NCBI GenBank assembly: GCA_030596245.1
Contig: JAUVKN010000002.1
Coordinates: 1-33,697, forward strand
Length of the DNA stretch: 33,697 nt
Direction: 5' to 3'
From: Bacteroidia bacterium
GTDB lineage: Bacteria > Bacteroidota > Bacteroidia > Bacteroidales > GCA-2748055
The notes below the pieces were generated by a model, which saw only the letters and a program-made list of their open reading frames with translations, made no database searches and was not told the origin of the DNA. Shown here in pieces: positions 6,243-15,256 of the stretch (its first letter is position 1; each line of letters opens with the position of its first letter). The translations under genes were made by a program, and so were the position numbers.

Positions 6243-8738
6243 ATGAAAAGAATAATTATGAAATCAGTCATTTTACTTGTATTAACGGTGGTACCGTTTA
6301 CCATGGCCGCCAACTCAGTGGCATCTGACGATAGTCTGCATACAGCAACCGGTTGGCAGTCTCCACCCGACGAAATTCTAAACGTGCTCCACGCCCCGAA
6401 GCTCCCCTGGGTATGGACGGCACCAGATGGTGAATACCTTCTACTAGCCGATCCTGTCACTTATCCCTCACTTGCCGAGCTTGCAGCGCCCATGCACAAG
6501 CTGGCCGGCATCCGGATAAATCCCGTCCTGAATAGTTACCATGGCGAACATGGAGGTACCTATCCCCGCCTGGTTAGGGCAGAGGATGGAACCACCACAC
6601 CACTTGCTATACCAACGGATGCAGAGGTCCTGGACGTGGCATGGACTGTGGATGGCCAGCGATTCGCACTCACAGTCGTATATGATAATCACATCAGCCT
6701 GTGGGTAGGCACGGCGGAAGGAAAGGTGGCCAGGATCGAGAACATGGCCCTCAACCCACTGATGGACATTCCCGTGAAGTGGTTACCCGATCAGGAGAAC
6801 CTGCTGGTCTACTGCATCCCTGAACGAGGACCGGCTCCTATGCCTCCAGCTATACCCGCTGGTCCTGAGATCATTGAGGGAGAGGGAGCCTCGGCCCGCT
6901 CCACTTACGAAGCGCGTAATCTGCTGGAAACCGCTCACGATGATGCCCTCTTCGAATACTACACCACCTCAGAATTGGTGATCGTCGACCCGGTAAATAG
7001 TAAGGTAAAGGTCTTGGGTGAACCCGCTCCTTATACCTTGGCCGAGATTTCGCCGTCTGGCGAGTATTTGCTAGTCCAGCGTCTTGTAGGTCCCTGGTCG
7101 CACGAGGTGGCCTGGTGGCGTTTCGCCAGAGAGATCGAGGTATGGGACCTTGAGGGTAAGCTGGTTGCAAACATTGCTTCGCTGCCCCTGGCAGACGAGG
7201 TCCCGGTTCATGGTGAACCAATGGGACCACGTTCAGTTTCGTGGCGTCCCACAGCTCCACATACCCTCTTCTGGGTCGAAGCTCTTGACGGCGGAGATCC
7301 CGTGGCCGAGGTACCACATCGGGACCGACTTATGAGACTGGAAGCGCCCTTTACAGAAGTACCCCAGGAGGCTTTCAGGGCAGAGCATCGTATTCTACCC
7401 TGGCATAATGCCTGGGGTGCCGAAGACGGCATGCTTATGCTCACACAGTACGAGCGGATGCGTCGCTGGCGTTATGTCTGGCTGCTGGACGTGGATGAGG
7501 GCACCTCACGCCTTTGGTTCGATCTCGACGAGGCTGACCGTTATGGAGATCCGGGCAATCCTGTTTTACACCCCTTGCCCAACGGTCACTTGGTGTTGCG
7601 CCAGAAGGGAAACGCAGTTTACTTCCGCGGGAGCGGTGCAACCGAGCAGGGCGACCGGCCCTTCCTGGATCTACGCTCCCTAAAAACGGGTGAGAGTGAG
7701 CATCTGTTCCGCTGCGAACCTGACCGCTACGAGTACTTTGTGGCCTTTGCAGGAGATGAAGACCGCTTCATATTGCGCTCTGAATCCGCAGTCGACGTTC
7801 CCAATTACTATCTGGCAACATTTGGGAAGAAGGTCAACGCGGCTGTGGGTGAGCCCACCCGAGCACTTAATCGTGTACCTATCACCCAATTCGAGGATCC
7901 TACACCCCAACTACGCGAGATCGAGAAGCGCATTATACGTTACGAGCGAGAAGACGGTGTACCCCTCAGCTTCCACCTGCATCTTCCTCCAGACTATGTG
8001 GAAGGAATACCGCTACCCACAGTAGTATACGCCTATCCCCAAGAATACTCCGGTGCAGCCACTGCGGGACAGGTAAGAGGCTCAACTCAACGCTTCATGC
8101 GTTTGTACGGTGCCTCCCACCTCTATTTCCTGCTACAGGGTTACGCAGTCCTTGACCAGACTGCCATGCCGATGCTGGGCGATCCCGAGACTACCTACGA
8201 CACCTTTGTACCCCAACTGGTGGCTGACGCGGAAGCTGCAGTAGCTAAGGCCGTGGCGATCGGAGTGACCGATCCCGAGCGGATTGGAGTAATTGGCCAT
8301 AGCCATGGCGGGCTTATGGTGGCCAACCTCCTTGCCCACTCTGACCTATTTCGGGCCGGCATTGCACGCAGCGGCTCATACAATAAAACCAACCAGCCAT
8401 TTGGCTTTCAGTCCGAACGTCGTTCCCTTTTCGATGCAAGGGATGCCTACATACAGCTTTCGCCGACTTTCTTCGCTGATCAGGTCAACGAGCCGATACT
8501 GATCATTCACGGAAACGACGACTCCAACCCGGGTACCCTCACGTTTCAGTCCGAGGTCTTCTTCGAAGCTGTACGCGGTTCAGGCGGCACAGCCCGGCTG
8601 GTGCTATTGCCTTTTGAGGACCATGGCTACCGGGCCAGGGAGAGTTTGGAACATGTGCTCTGGGAACAGCTCAGGTGGTTCGACAATTATGTGTATGATG
8701 CTGGAACTGTAACGCCCCAAAACTCCAACTTGGAGTAA
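6243..8738 (+). CDS. Secreted prolyl-oligopeptidase-family (S9) serine peptidase with an N-terminal beta-propeller
   Basis: Signal peptide MKRIIMKSVILLVLTVVPFTMA. The C-terminal alpha/beta-hydrolase domain has a GxSxGG nucleophile elbow (VIGHSHGGLM), an Asp motif (IIHGNDDSNPG) and a His motif (PFEDHGY). The gene is markedly GC-richer than its surroundings. Confidence 0.9.
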   Translation: MKRIIMKSVILLVLTVVPFTMAANSVASDDSLHTATGWQSPPDEILNVLHAPKLPWVWTAPDGEYLLLADPVTYPSLAELAAPMHKLAGIRINPVLNSYHGEHGGTYPRLVRAEDGTTTPLAIPTDAEVLDVAWTVDGQRFALTVVYDNHISLWVGTAEGKVARIENMALNPLMDIPVKWLPDQENLLVYCIPERGPAPMPPAIPAGPEIIEGEGASARSTYEARNLLETAHDDALFEYYTTSELVIVDPVNSKVKVLGEPAPYTLAEISPSGEYLLVQRLVGPWSHEVAWWRFAREIEVWDLEGKLVANIASLPLADEVPVHGEPMGPRSVSWRPTAPHTLFWVEALDGGDPVAEVPHRDRLMRLEAPFTEVPQEAFRAEHRILPWHNAWGAEDGMLMLTQYERMRRWRYVWLLDVDEGTSRLWFDLDEADRYGDPGNPVLHPLPNGHLVLRQKGNAVYFRGSGATEQGDRPFLDLRSLKTGESEHLFRCEPDRYEYFVAFAGDEDRFILRSESAVDVPNYYLATFGKKVNAAVGEPTRALNRVPITQFEDPTPQLREIEKRIIRYEREDGVPLSFHLHLPPDYVEGIPLPTVVYAYPQEYSGAATAGQVRGSTQRFMRLYGASHLYFLLQGYAVLDQTAMPMLGDPETTYDTFVPQLVADAEAAVAKAVAIGVTDPERIGVIGHSHGGLMVANLLAHSDLFRAGIARSGSYNKTNQPFGFQSERRSLFDARDAYIQLSPTFFADQVNEPILIIHGNDDSNPGTLTFQSEVFFEAVRGSGGTARLVLLPFEDHGYRARESLEHVLWEQLRWFDNYVYDAGTVTPQNSNLE

Positions 8739-8809
8739 AACCAATAAAGGCATTGCTAATAGTTAGTTTTTCTTCTTATCGGAAATTGGGCTTAACGAAG
8801 CAATATATA

Positions 8810-11431
8810 CTACAACCCTGATAATTTTTTTATCTCATTCAAAATATTAAGCGCTTCCATGGGAGTCAGATTGTTGATATCCAGGCCGGCAATTTGATCA
8901 CGGATCTGTTTCAGGACGGGGTCATCCAGCTGGAAAAAGCTCATCTGTAGTCCTTCACGCTGACCAGCAAGATCGCCAACCGGCTTGCTGAGGTTCTCTT
9001 TTCCTTCTGTCTTCTCAAGCTCTTCAAGTATTTCGCTGGCCCTTTTCACCACACTTTTAGGCATTCCTGCCATCTGAGCCACATGGATCCCGAAACTGTG
9101 TTCGCTTCCTCCGGGTACCAGTTTTCTAAGGAAAATAACCCTGTCATCCAGCTCTTTGATAGATACATTGTAATTCCTGATCCTGTGAAATGAGGCCTCC
9201 ATCTCATTCAGTTCATGATAGTGTGTTGCAAAAAGGGTTTTGGCCTTTCCTTCTTGTTTTTCATGAATGTATTCTACCATGGCCCAGGCAATGGAGATCC
9301 CGTCATAGGTGCTGGTTCCGCGTCCTATCTCATCCAGGATCACCAGACTCCTCTCTGAAAGATTGTTCAGGATGGAAGCCGCTTCCAGCATCTCCACCAT
9401 GAATGTGGATTCTCCCAGGGAGATATTGTCCGAAGCCCCCACCCTGGTAAAGATCTTATCAACCCAACCTATGCGGGCAGATTCAGCGGGAACAAAACTT
9501 CCCACCTGTGCCATCAGTGTGATCAGTGCGGTTTGTCTTAAAAAAGCCGATTTTCCCGACATGTTGGGCCCAGTAAGAATCATGATCTGCTGCTCCTGGT
9601 CATCTAATTTCACACTGTTGGTCACATAAGCTTCATCCACCGGCAGTTGTCTTTCGATCACAGGATGCCTCCCTTCGGTAATCTCGATGCTGGTAGTTTC
9701 ATTGACCTCCGGACGGCAATATTTATATTCAATGGCAATCCTTGAAAAGGAGAGCAAGCAATCGAGTCGTGCCACCAGGGACGCATTCAGCTGGATGGTT
9801 TTCACCGATCCTGAGATACCTGCAACCAGATCCTGATACAAGCGTGTTTCCAGTACCAGGCTCTTCTCTTCAGCCCCAAGGATCTTCTCCTCGTAAGATT
9901 TTAACTCCTCTGTAATATAGCGCTCTGCACTGACCAATGTCTGTTTTCTGATCCACTCCTCCGGAACTTTTTCTTTGTGGGTATTTCGTACTTCAATATA
10001 GTATCCGAAAACATTGTTAAATCCCACCTTCAGGCTCGAAATACCGGTTCTTTCCATCTCCCTCTGCTGAAGTTGCACCAGGTAACTCTTTCCGGAATGC
10101 ATGATTTCCCTCAGTTCATCCAACTCTTCCGAAACACCAGCCGCAATCACACCACCCTTGTTCAACAAAGCGGGGGGCTCATTCTCTATCTCTTTGTCAA
10201 TTCGCTTCTTCACTCCGTTGCAGGGATCCAGCTGGGAGGCCAGTTTTTGAAGTGATACCTCATCCGATTGATCACATTGTTGTTTTAGCGGATCAATCGC
10301 GGTCAGTGCATTTTTTAGCTGTACCAGCTCCCGCGGGGCAATCCGTCCAACAGCGACCTTTGATATAATCCTCTCCAGGTCCCCAATTTTTTTGATCTGT
10401 TCCGCCAGGAACTCCCTGAATTCCTCATCCTGCCATATCTGTTCAACCATGTTATGCCGTTCCCGGATCAAAAGCACATCCTTCAGAGGAAGGGCCAGCC
10501 ATCGCTTAAGAAGACGCGATCCCATGGGAGTTACTGTTCTATCCATCACATCCAGAAGGGTTCTGGCCCCTTCGTAGAGGGAATGAAAGATCTCCAGGTT
10601 TCTAATTGTGAACCGGTCAAGCCATACGTAATGATCACGTTCAATCCGGGAGAGCCTCGAAATATGTCCTGTACTGGTATGTTGGGTCAGCTCCAGATAT
10701 TGCAATATGGCCCCACTGGCAATGATGCCGGGAATCATATCATGGACACCAAAACCCTTCAGATTTTGTGTTTCGAATTGCCGTTGCAACTTGTCCCTTG
10801 CATTGTCCTCTGTATAGACCCAGTCATCCAACGAAAATGTATAATAGCCTTCACCAAAAGCTTCATTAAACATTTCACGATGGCTTCTCTGAATAAGCAC
10901 CTCTTTGGGGCTGAAACTGCTAAGCAGCTTATCAATGAAATCCATATCACCCTGGGAGGTCAGGAACTCTCCTGTGGAAATATCCAGAAACGAAATACCA
11001 TTGACATGCTGGTCCAGGTAAACACTGGCCAAAAAGTTATTCTCCTTATTTTCCAGTACATTGTCATTGAATGTTACTCCTGGAGTGACAAGTTCAGTAA
11101 TCCCCCTTTTTACAATCTTCCGGGTAAGCTTTGGATCTTCCAATTGTTCGCAGATGGCCACACGCTGACCTGCGCGTACAAGCTTTGGTAAGTAAGTATC
11201 CAGTGAGTGATACGGGAATCCTGCCAGTTCAACGAAAGATGCAGCACCGTTTGCCCTTCGGGTAAGGGTAATTCCTAAAATCTCTGCGGTCCTTATCGCA
11301 TCTTCCCCAAAAGTCTCGTAAAAGTCCCCAACCCTGAAAAGTAATACTGCATCGGGATGTTTGGCCTTGATGGTGTAGTACTGCTTCATCAAGGGGGTTT
11401 CAACGATATTTTTTGGTGTTGTCAATGTCAA
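8810..11431 (-). CDS. mutS: DNA mismatch repair protein MutS
   Basis: [34 protein letters not shown] mismatch-binding N-terminus, Walker [21 protein letters not shown] and THYHEL. The longest ORF starts on TTG at 11431. The first ATG is at 11389 (MKQYY..), so the start is uncertain by 14 codons. Confidence 0.95.
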   Translation of the reverse strand: MTLTTPKNIVETPLMKQYYTIKAKHPDAVLLFRVGDFYETFGEDAIRTAEILGITLTRRANGAASFVELAGFPYHSLDTYLPKLVRAGQRVAICEQLEDPKLTRKIVKRGITELVTPGVTFNDNVLENKENNFLASVYLDQHVNGISFLDISTGEFLTSQGDMDFIDKLLSSFSPKEVLIQRSHREMFNEAFGEGYYTFSLDDWVYTEDNARDKLQRQFETQNLKGFGVHDMIPGIIASGAILQYLELTQHTSTGHISRLSRIERDHYVWLDRFTIRNLEIFHSLYEGARTLLDVMDRTVTPMGSRLLKRWLALPLKDVLLIRERHNMVEQIWQDEEFREFLAEQIKKIGDLERIISKVAVGRIAPRELVQLKNALTAIDPLKQQCDQSDEVSLQKLASQLDPCNGVKKRIDKEIENEPPALLNKGGVIAAGVSEELDELREIMHSGKSYLVQLQQREMERTGISSLKVGFNNVFGYYIEVRNTHKEKVPEEWIRKQTLVSAERYITEELKSYEEKILGAEEKSLVLETRLYQDLVAGISGSVKTIQLNASLVARLDCLLSFSRIAIEYKYCRPEVNETTSIEITEGRHPVIERQLPVDEAYVTNSVKLDDQEQQIMILTGPNMSGKSAFLRQTALITLMAQVGSFVPAESARIGWVDKIFTRVGASDNISLGESTFMVEMLEAASILNNLSERSLVILDEIGRGTSTYDGISIAWAMVEYIHEKQEGKAKTLFATHYHELNEMEASFHRIRNYNVSIKELDDRVIFLRKLVPGGSEHSFGIHVAQMAGMPKSVVKRASEILEELEKTEGKENLSKPVGDLAGQREGLQMSFFQLDDPVLKQIRDQIAGLDINNLTPMEALNILNEIKKLSGL

Positions 11432-11443
11432 ATAATTCTATTT

Positions 11444-11451
11444 CAAAATTA
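11444..11451 (-). promoter_or_regulatory. Candidate -7 box (TAATTTTG) for mutS
   Basis: Plus-strand CAAAATTA equals TAatTTTG on the minus strand, 12 nt upstream of the TTG at 11431. Confidence 0.35.
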
Positions 11452-11504
11452 ATCCAAAATCGTAAGTTCTTTTATTTCTCCCGTTTTTTTTCGTAATTGA
11501 GACC

Positions 11505-12710
11505 ATGCTCTCAAAAAAATATACCCTTACCTATCTGATCTTTGCTGGTTTCTTTCTGGGAATTCTCTTTGGTTGGCTGGTGGGAGAACCCATTCTGCCC
11601 ATTGCGGAACCCATGCAGAAGTTGTTTCTAAGGTTGCTCCGAATGGCAATTCTTCCCCTTGTTATCACATCCATTATCAGCGCTGTAGTACAGGTAGGAA
11701 GCAGCAGAGGATTGGGATTGATTAGTCTGCGAACCATTACCTATTATCTTTTCACAAGTTTGCTGGCCATCCTTACCGGACAAATTCTGGTGAATATTTT
11801 CAAGCCGGGAAGTGGGGCCAATATTAGTCTGTCTGAACAGCCTGATGGCATTGCTGTGGTGGACCAGGGGTTTGGAGAGCTTTTACTGAACATAATTCCG
11901 GAAAATCCTTTCGAAGCGATGGCCAACGGAGATGTGCTACCAGTGATCTTCTTCTCTCTTCTTTTTGGATTCTTTGTGACACAGCTGAAAACAGATCAAC
12001 GTGACCTGATGGGAAATGTGTTCCGCGCAGCATTCGAAGCGATGATGAAATTGACCTCCTTCGTGATCTGGACTGCTCCCATAGGGGTATTTGGAATTAT
12101 TGCAGGAATCGTAGCAAAAACCGGATTTGATGCTTTTGCTTCTCTGGGGAAATTTTTCCTGGTGGTATTGGCCGGCCTGTCCATTCATTTCTTCATTACA
12201 CTGCCCCTGTTGTTAAAATATATTGGGAAATTCAGCCCGGTAAAACACTACCGTGGAATGCTTTCAGCGCTAATGACTGCATTTTCGACCTGTTCCACCA
12301 TAGTTACACTTCCCCTTACCATGAAGGCGGTTACTGAAGTATCGGGGGCTTCAAAAAAAGCAGCAGGATTCGTGCTGCCCATCGGAGCGACTATCAATAT
12401 GGACGGCACCGCACTGTATGAATGTGTCGCCACCATTTTCATTGCGCAGGTCTATGGCTTTGACCTCACACTTGCCCAGCAGGGGATTATCGTAATTACT
12501 GCTGTACTGGCCTCCATTGGTGCGGCCAGTATCCCCATGAGTGGCTTCGTGATGATGACCATCATCCTGAATGCGGTTGGACTACCCCTTGAAGGGGTTG
12601 CCCTTATCCTGGCAGTAGACAGGATCCTGGACATGTTCCGCACCACGGTCAATGTGTTCAGTGACAGCGTAGGCGCAGTAGTGATCAGCCGGCTCGAAAA
12701 TGATTCTTAG
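11505..12710 (+). CDS. Dicarboxylate/amino acid:cation symporter (DAACS/SDF family)
   Basis: 401-aa polytopic membrane protein with the family-typical motifs ..SSRGLG.., TLPLTM and GATINMDGTALYE. Confidence 0.9.
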   Translation: MLSKKYTLTYLIFAGFFLGILFGWLVGEPILPIAEPMQKLFLRLLRMAILPLVITSIISAVVQVGSSRGLGLISLRTITYYLFTSLLAILTGQILVNIFKPGSGANISLSEQPDGIAVVDQGFGELLLNIIPENPFEAMANGDVLPVIFFSLLFGFFVTQLKTDQRDLMGNVFRAAFEAMMKLTSFVIWTAPIGVFGIIAGIVAKTGFDAFASLGKFFLVVLAGLSIHFFITLPLLLKYIGKFSPVKHYRGMLSALMTAFSTCSTIVTLPLTMKAVTEVSGASKKAAGFVLPIGATINMDGTALYECVATIFIAQVYGFDLTLAQQGIIVITAVLASIGAASIPMSGFVMMTIILNAVGLPLEGVALILAVDRILDMFRTTVNVFSDSVGAVVISRLENDS

Positions 12711-14188
12711 AAGCTTATATCAACACCTATTGCAACTATGAATGTGTCTTTACCGTAAGTATCTGTAAAAGATGTACTCAACATATCGTAAGTTTGGGCA
12801 TTATCGTAGTCCTCGTACATCACGTAAACCACACCAGCATTGATGGTAAACATTTCTCCCACATTCACGAAAACACCACCGCCAACGGTGTTGCTTTTCA
12901 ACCCATAACTCAGATCGGACTGGTAATCCTGATTGACTCCGTTGTTCCCGTAAGAGAATCCTGCACTGACACCTAACATGCCCAATAACTTATACTCCAG
13001 ACTGGCAGATATGGAATAACCATTATCGTCAATGGTGGATTCATTATTGATCTGTTCACCACCTTCATCAATATTTCCATAATAGGCCGATTTGTCCAGA
13101 TAGTAGTTAAGTCCCACCATGGCAGTCAATTTTTTCAGCGGCTTCACCTGAACCCCTGCTGAGAACATACCCGGAAGGTCTGAACGGTTTTTCTCACCAT
13201 CCGGAAACATATTCACATCATCCACTTCAGTATCATTGGTCAGTTCCAGTTTGGTTTGATGCTCATATTTGACAGCCACATTGAGCATGTCACTAAGATG
13301 GAGATTTACTCCGATGATCGGGGCAAAACCCGAACCTTCCTGAACCGCATTAAGTTCCGCATCTGCAGTCATGACATCAAGAGCTGCGGCATTGTTATTT
13401 AATCCTATAATTGCTTCTGTCATTTCTGGAGATGGCGGAAGGGCTTCTAGATTGGTTGCCACCCTCCTGAGGTAATCCCCCGGAGGCTGAGTACCGCCAT
13501 AAGGAGCATCAATGGTCACCCCGGTTAATGATCCTTCATAACTGTTATTTACCATTACATACCTTCCGCCAATGGCAACGGAGATCATATCATTGATGGC
13601 ATAGGTGGCCCCGACCTGGATCCCCATGTAAGTGGATGAGCCATTAAAGGCCGTATTCATGTCATACCCGGTAATATTCCTATAACCCGGGTCCCAGGTT
13701 GTAGCATCGAAAATCGCCTGGTCCAGGGGTTCCAAACTACCATATAGCATCGGCACCAGGGAGGAGACCGGGATCTCAAAGGAGGGAAGTCCCGTTTCAA
13801 AATTGGCAGTACCTCCTCCGCCTATGACATTAAACCCGGCCGAAAAGGCCCATTTATCCATCTTATAAGCTGCATAAATACCGGGGAAAACCGGAGCTAC
13901 CAACTCGGCTTCATAAACCGATTCCGGAGCACTATTGAGGTATTGAAAATCACTGGTGATCTGCCTGGTTTGAAAAATAGATTGGTTGGAAAGTGAGAAA
14001 TGAATTCCATTTTTAAGCTGGGAAAGTCCTGCCGGATTATAGTAAACTGCATCAATTCCGTATGCAGCATGACGGGTCAGGGTTCTGGCCCAGGCTGCAC
14101 TTTGATTTGTGTTGGTGACCAAACCTCCTGCATGAATCGCGAGGGTCGATAGAATAATCATCATCAACGATAGATGTAATCTTTTCAT
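12707..14188 (-). CDS. Outer-membrane transport protein, OmpP1/FadL/TodX-like
   Basis: Signal peptide MKRLHLSLMMIILSTLAIHA. N-terminal NQSAAWARTLTRHAAYGIDAVYYNPAGL resembles the FadL-family hatch motif (..NPAGL). The protein is Gly/aromatic-rich with an alternating beta-strand pattern and a terminal Phe. The family call is from memory and was not searched. Confidence 0.6.
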   Translation of the reverse strand: MKRLHLSLMMIILSTLAIHAGGLVTNTNQSAAWARTLTRHAAYGIDAVYYNPAGLSQLKNGIHFSLSNQSIFQTRQITSDFQYLNSAPESVYEAELVAPVFPGIYAAYKMDKWAFSAGFNVIGGGGTANFETGLPSFEIPVSSLVPMLYGSLEPLDQAIFDATTWDPGYRNITGYDMNTAFNGSSTYMGIQVGATYAINDMISVAIGGRYVMVNNSYEGSLTGVTIDAPYGGTQPPGDYLRRVATNLEALPPSPEMTEAIIGLNNNAAALDVMTADAELNAVQEGSGFAPIIGVNLHLSDMLNVAVKYEHQTKLELTNDTEVDDVNMFPDGEKNRSDLPGMFSAGVQVKPLKKLTAMVGLNYYLDKSAYYGNIDEGGEQINNESTIDDNGYSISASLEYKLLGMLGVSAGFSYGNNGVNQDYQSDLSYGLKSNTVGGGVFVNVGEMFTINAGVVYVMYEDYDNAQTYDMLSTSFTDTYGKDTFIVAIGVDISF

Positions 14189-14401
14189 GAGAAATTGTTT
14201 TAGTTAGCGGGAACAAGAAAGGGAAAAAAAATGAAAATCAACATTTTCCCCCCGGTTTGGTTATTCTTATATTGTGAGGGGACCCTCTAATCTGAAAAGA
14301 GAAGGCAATGAGATCTATCAGGGATTCGAGGTGCGAAATCGAAAAGCTTACTCCTGGAAAAAACCTCTTCCGGGTGAGGAGAAATCATAAAAACAGTACA
14401 T

Positions 14402-15196
14402 ATGGATTTAGGATTAAAAGACAAAGTAATGCTGGTGGCCGCCTCCAGCAAAGGGCTGGGATTTGGAATTGCCAGGCAGGCTGCCCTGGAGGGTGCAGTT
14501 GTTTCCATTGGTAGTCGCAGCAAAAGAAACATCAATGAGGCTATTAACCGCATCAAAAATGAGGTGCCCGGTGCTGCTGTGTATGGCTTCCCCCTGAATG
14601 TGGCCGATCCCGGTTCCATAGAGATCTGGATAAAAAACACACTTAAAGAACTGGGAACCATCGACGGATTGGTGGTGAATGGAGGTGGCCCACCTCCCGG
14701 TACATTTGATGAAATTGATGACAGCACCTGGTTATCCGGTTATGAGAATACCCTGATGAGTGCCGTAAGGATGATCAGAGGAGTTTTGCCTGAAATGCGC
14801 AGGAAACAATCAGGAACTATTTTAACCGTTACTTCAAGTTCCATCAAAGAACCCATTGATAATCTATTACTTTCAAATGTATTTAGATCCGGGGTAACCA
14901 GTCTTGTGAAGAGCCTCTCCTTCCAGGTGGCAAAAGATAATATCCGAATCAATAATCTTGTCCCCGGTTTTTTTGATACAGAGAGACTGAAGGAGCTCGA
15001 CCTGCGAAACTCGGGTGAATGGAGGCTCAGTCTGGACAATGTAAGAAAGATCAATTTCGAGAAGATCCCATTGGGCAGGTATGGTGATCCCGACGAGTTT
15101 GGGAAAGCGGCTATTTTCCTGCTTTCAGAAGCTGCTTCTTACGTTACCGGTGAAACCTTTATCATTGATGGGGGCAAAATGCGGACTGTATGGTAA
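14402..15196 (+). CDS. SDR-superfamily oxidoreductase, atypical BKR-like subgroup
   Basis: Rossmann N-terminus KVMLVAASSKGLGFGIA with NGGGPPPG. The usual S...YxxxK segment reads SSS...LLLSNVFRSGVTSLVKSL, with no catalytic Tyr-x3-Lys visible. Confidence 0.85.
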   Translation: MDLGLKDKVMLVAASSKGLGFGIARQAALEGAVVSIGSRSKRNINEAINRIKNEVPGAAVYGFPLNVADPGSIEIWIKNTLKELGTIDGLVVNGGGPPPGTFDEIDDSTWLSGYENTLMSAVRMIRGVLPEMRRKQSGTILTVTSSSIKEPIDNLLLSNVFRSGVTSLVKSLSFQVAKDNIRINNLVPGFFDTERLKELDLRNSGEWRLSLDNVRKINFEKIPLGRYGDPDEFGKAAIFLLSEAASYVTGETFIIDGGKMRTVW

Positions 15197-15243
15197 CCGA
15201 ACCCCATGGAGAACAACCGTCCCTCAATCCTGGGTTAATGTAC

Positions 15244-15251
15244 TATCTTTG
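15244..15251 (+). promoter_or_regulatory. Candidate -7 box (TATCTTTG) for rlmN
   Basis: Exact TAnnTTTG match ending 5 nt before the ATG at 15257, which implies a leaderless or near-leaderless mRNA. Confidence 0.35.
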
Positions 15252-15256
15252 CGGCA

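Noticed and set aside
6468-8502. About ten 60-150-aa ORFs in alternative frames within the S9 peptidase gene
   Set aside because: They are a by-product of local high GC, which means few stop codons. They are Arg/Pro/Ala-rich and all overlap the peptidase frame, which has clear catalytic motifs.
6197-8741. AGTAAAAC 8-mer on both sides of the GC-rich peptidase gene (6197-6204 and 8734-8741) as possible insertion-site duplication
   Set aside because: It is only 8 nt, AT-rich, and the flanks diverge immediately. The downstream copy overlaps the stop codon. This is compatible with chance.
10454-11191. 245-aa ORF antisense to mutS
   Set aside because: It lies entirely inside a well-supported mutS CDS, has no recognisable motif, has Cys/His/Gln-rich shadow-frame composition, and has no promoter box or independent start context. 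It is a typical long antisense-frame ORF.
14221-14252. A8 and C6 homopolymer tracts around a small hairpin (GAAAAT-CAAC-ATTTTC) in the FadL-like/SDR divergent spacer (possible phase-variation tract or terminator)
   Set aside because: The stem is 6 bp and almost all A-U, the tracts are short, and their position does not sit between recognisable promoter elements. There is no evidence beyond base composition.
14287-14727. 146-aa ORF antisense to the SDR gene
   Set aside because: The Pro/Ser-rich translation (GGGPPPF mirrors the NGGGPPPG codons of the SDR) is a mirror-frame artefact.
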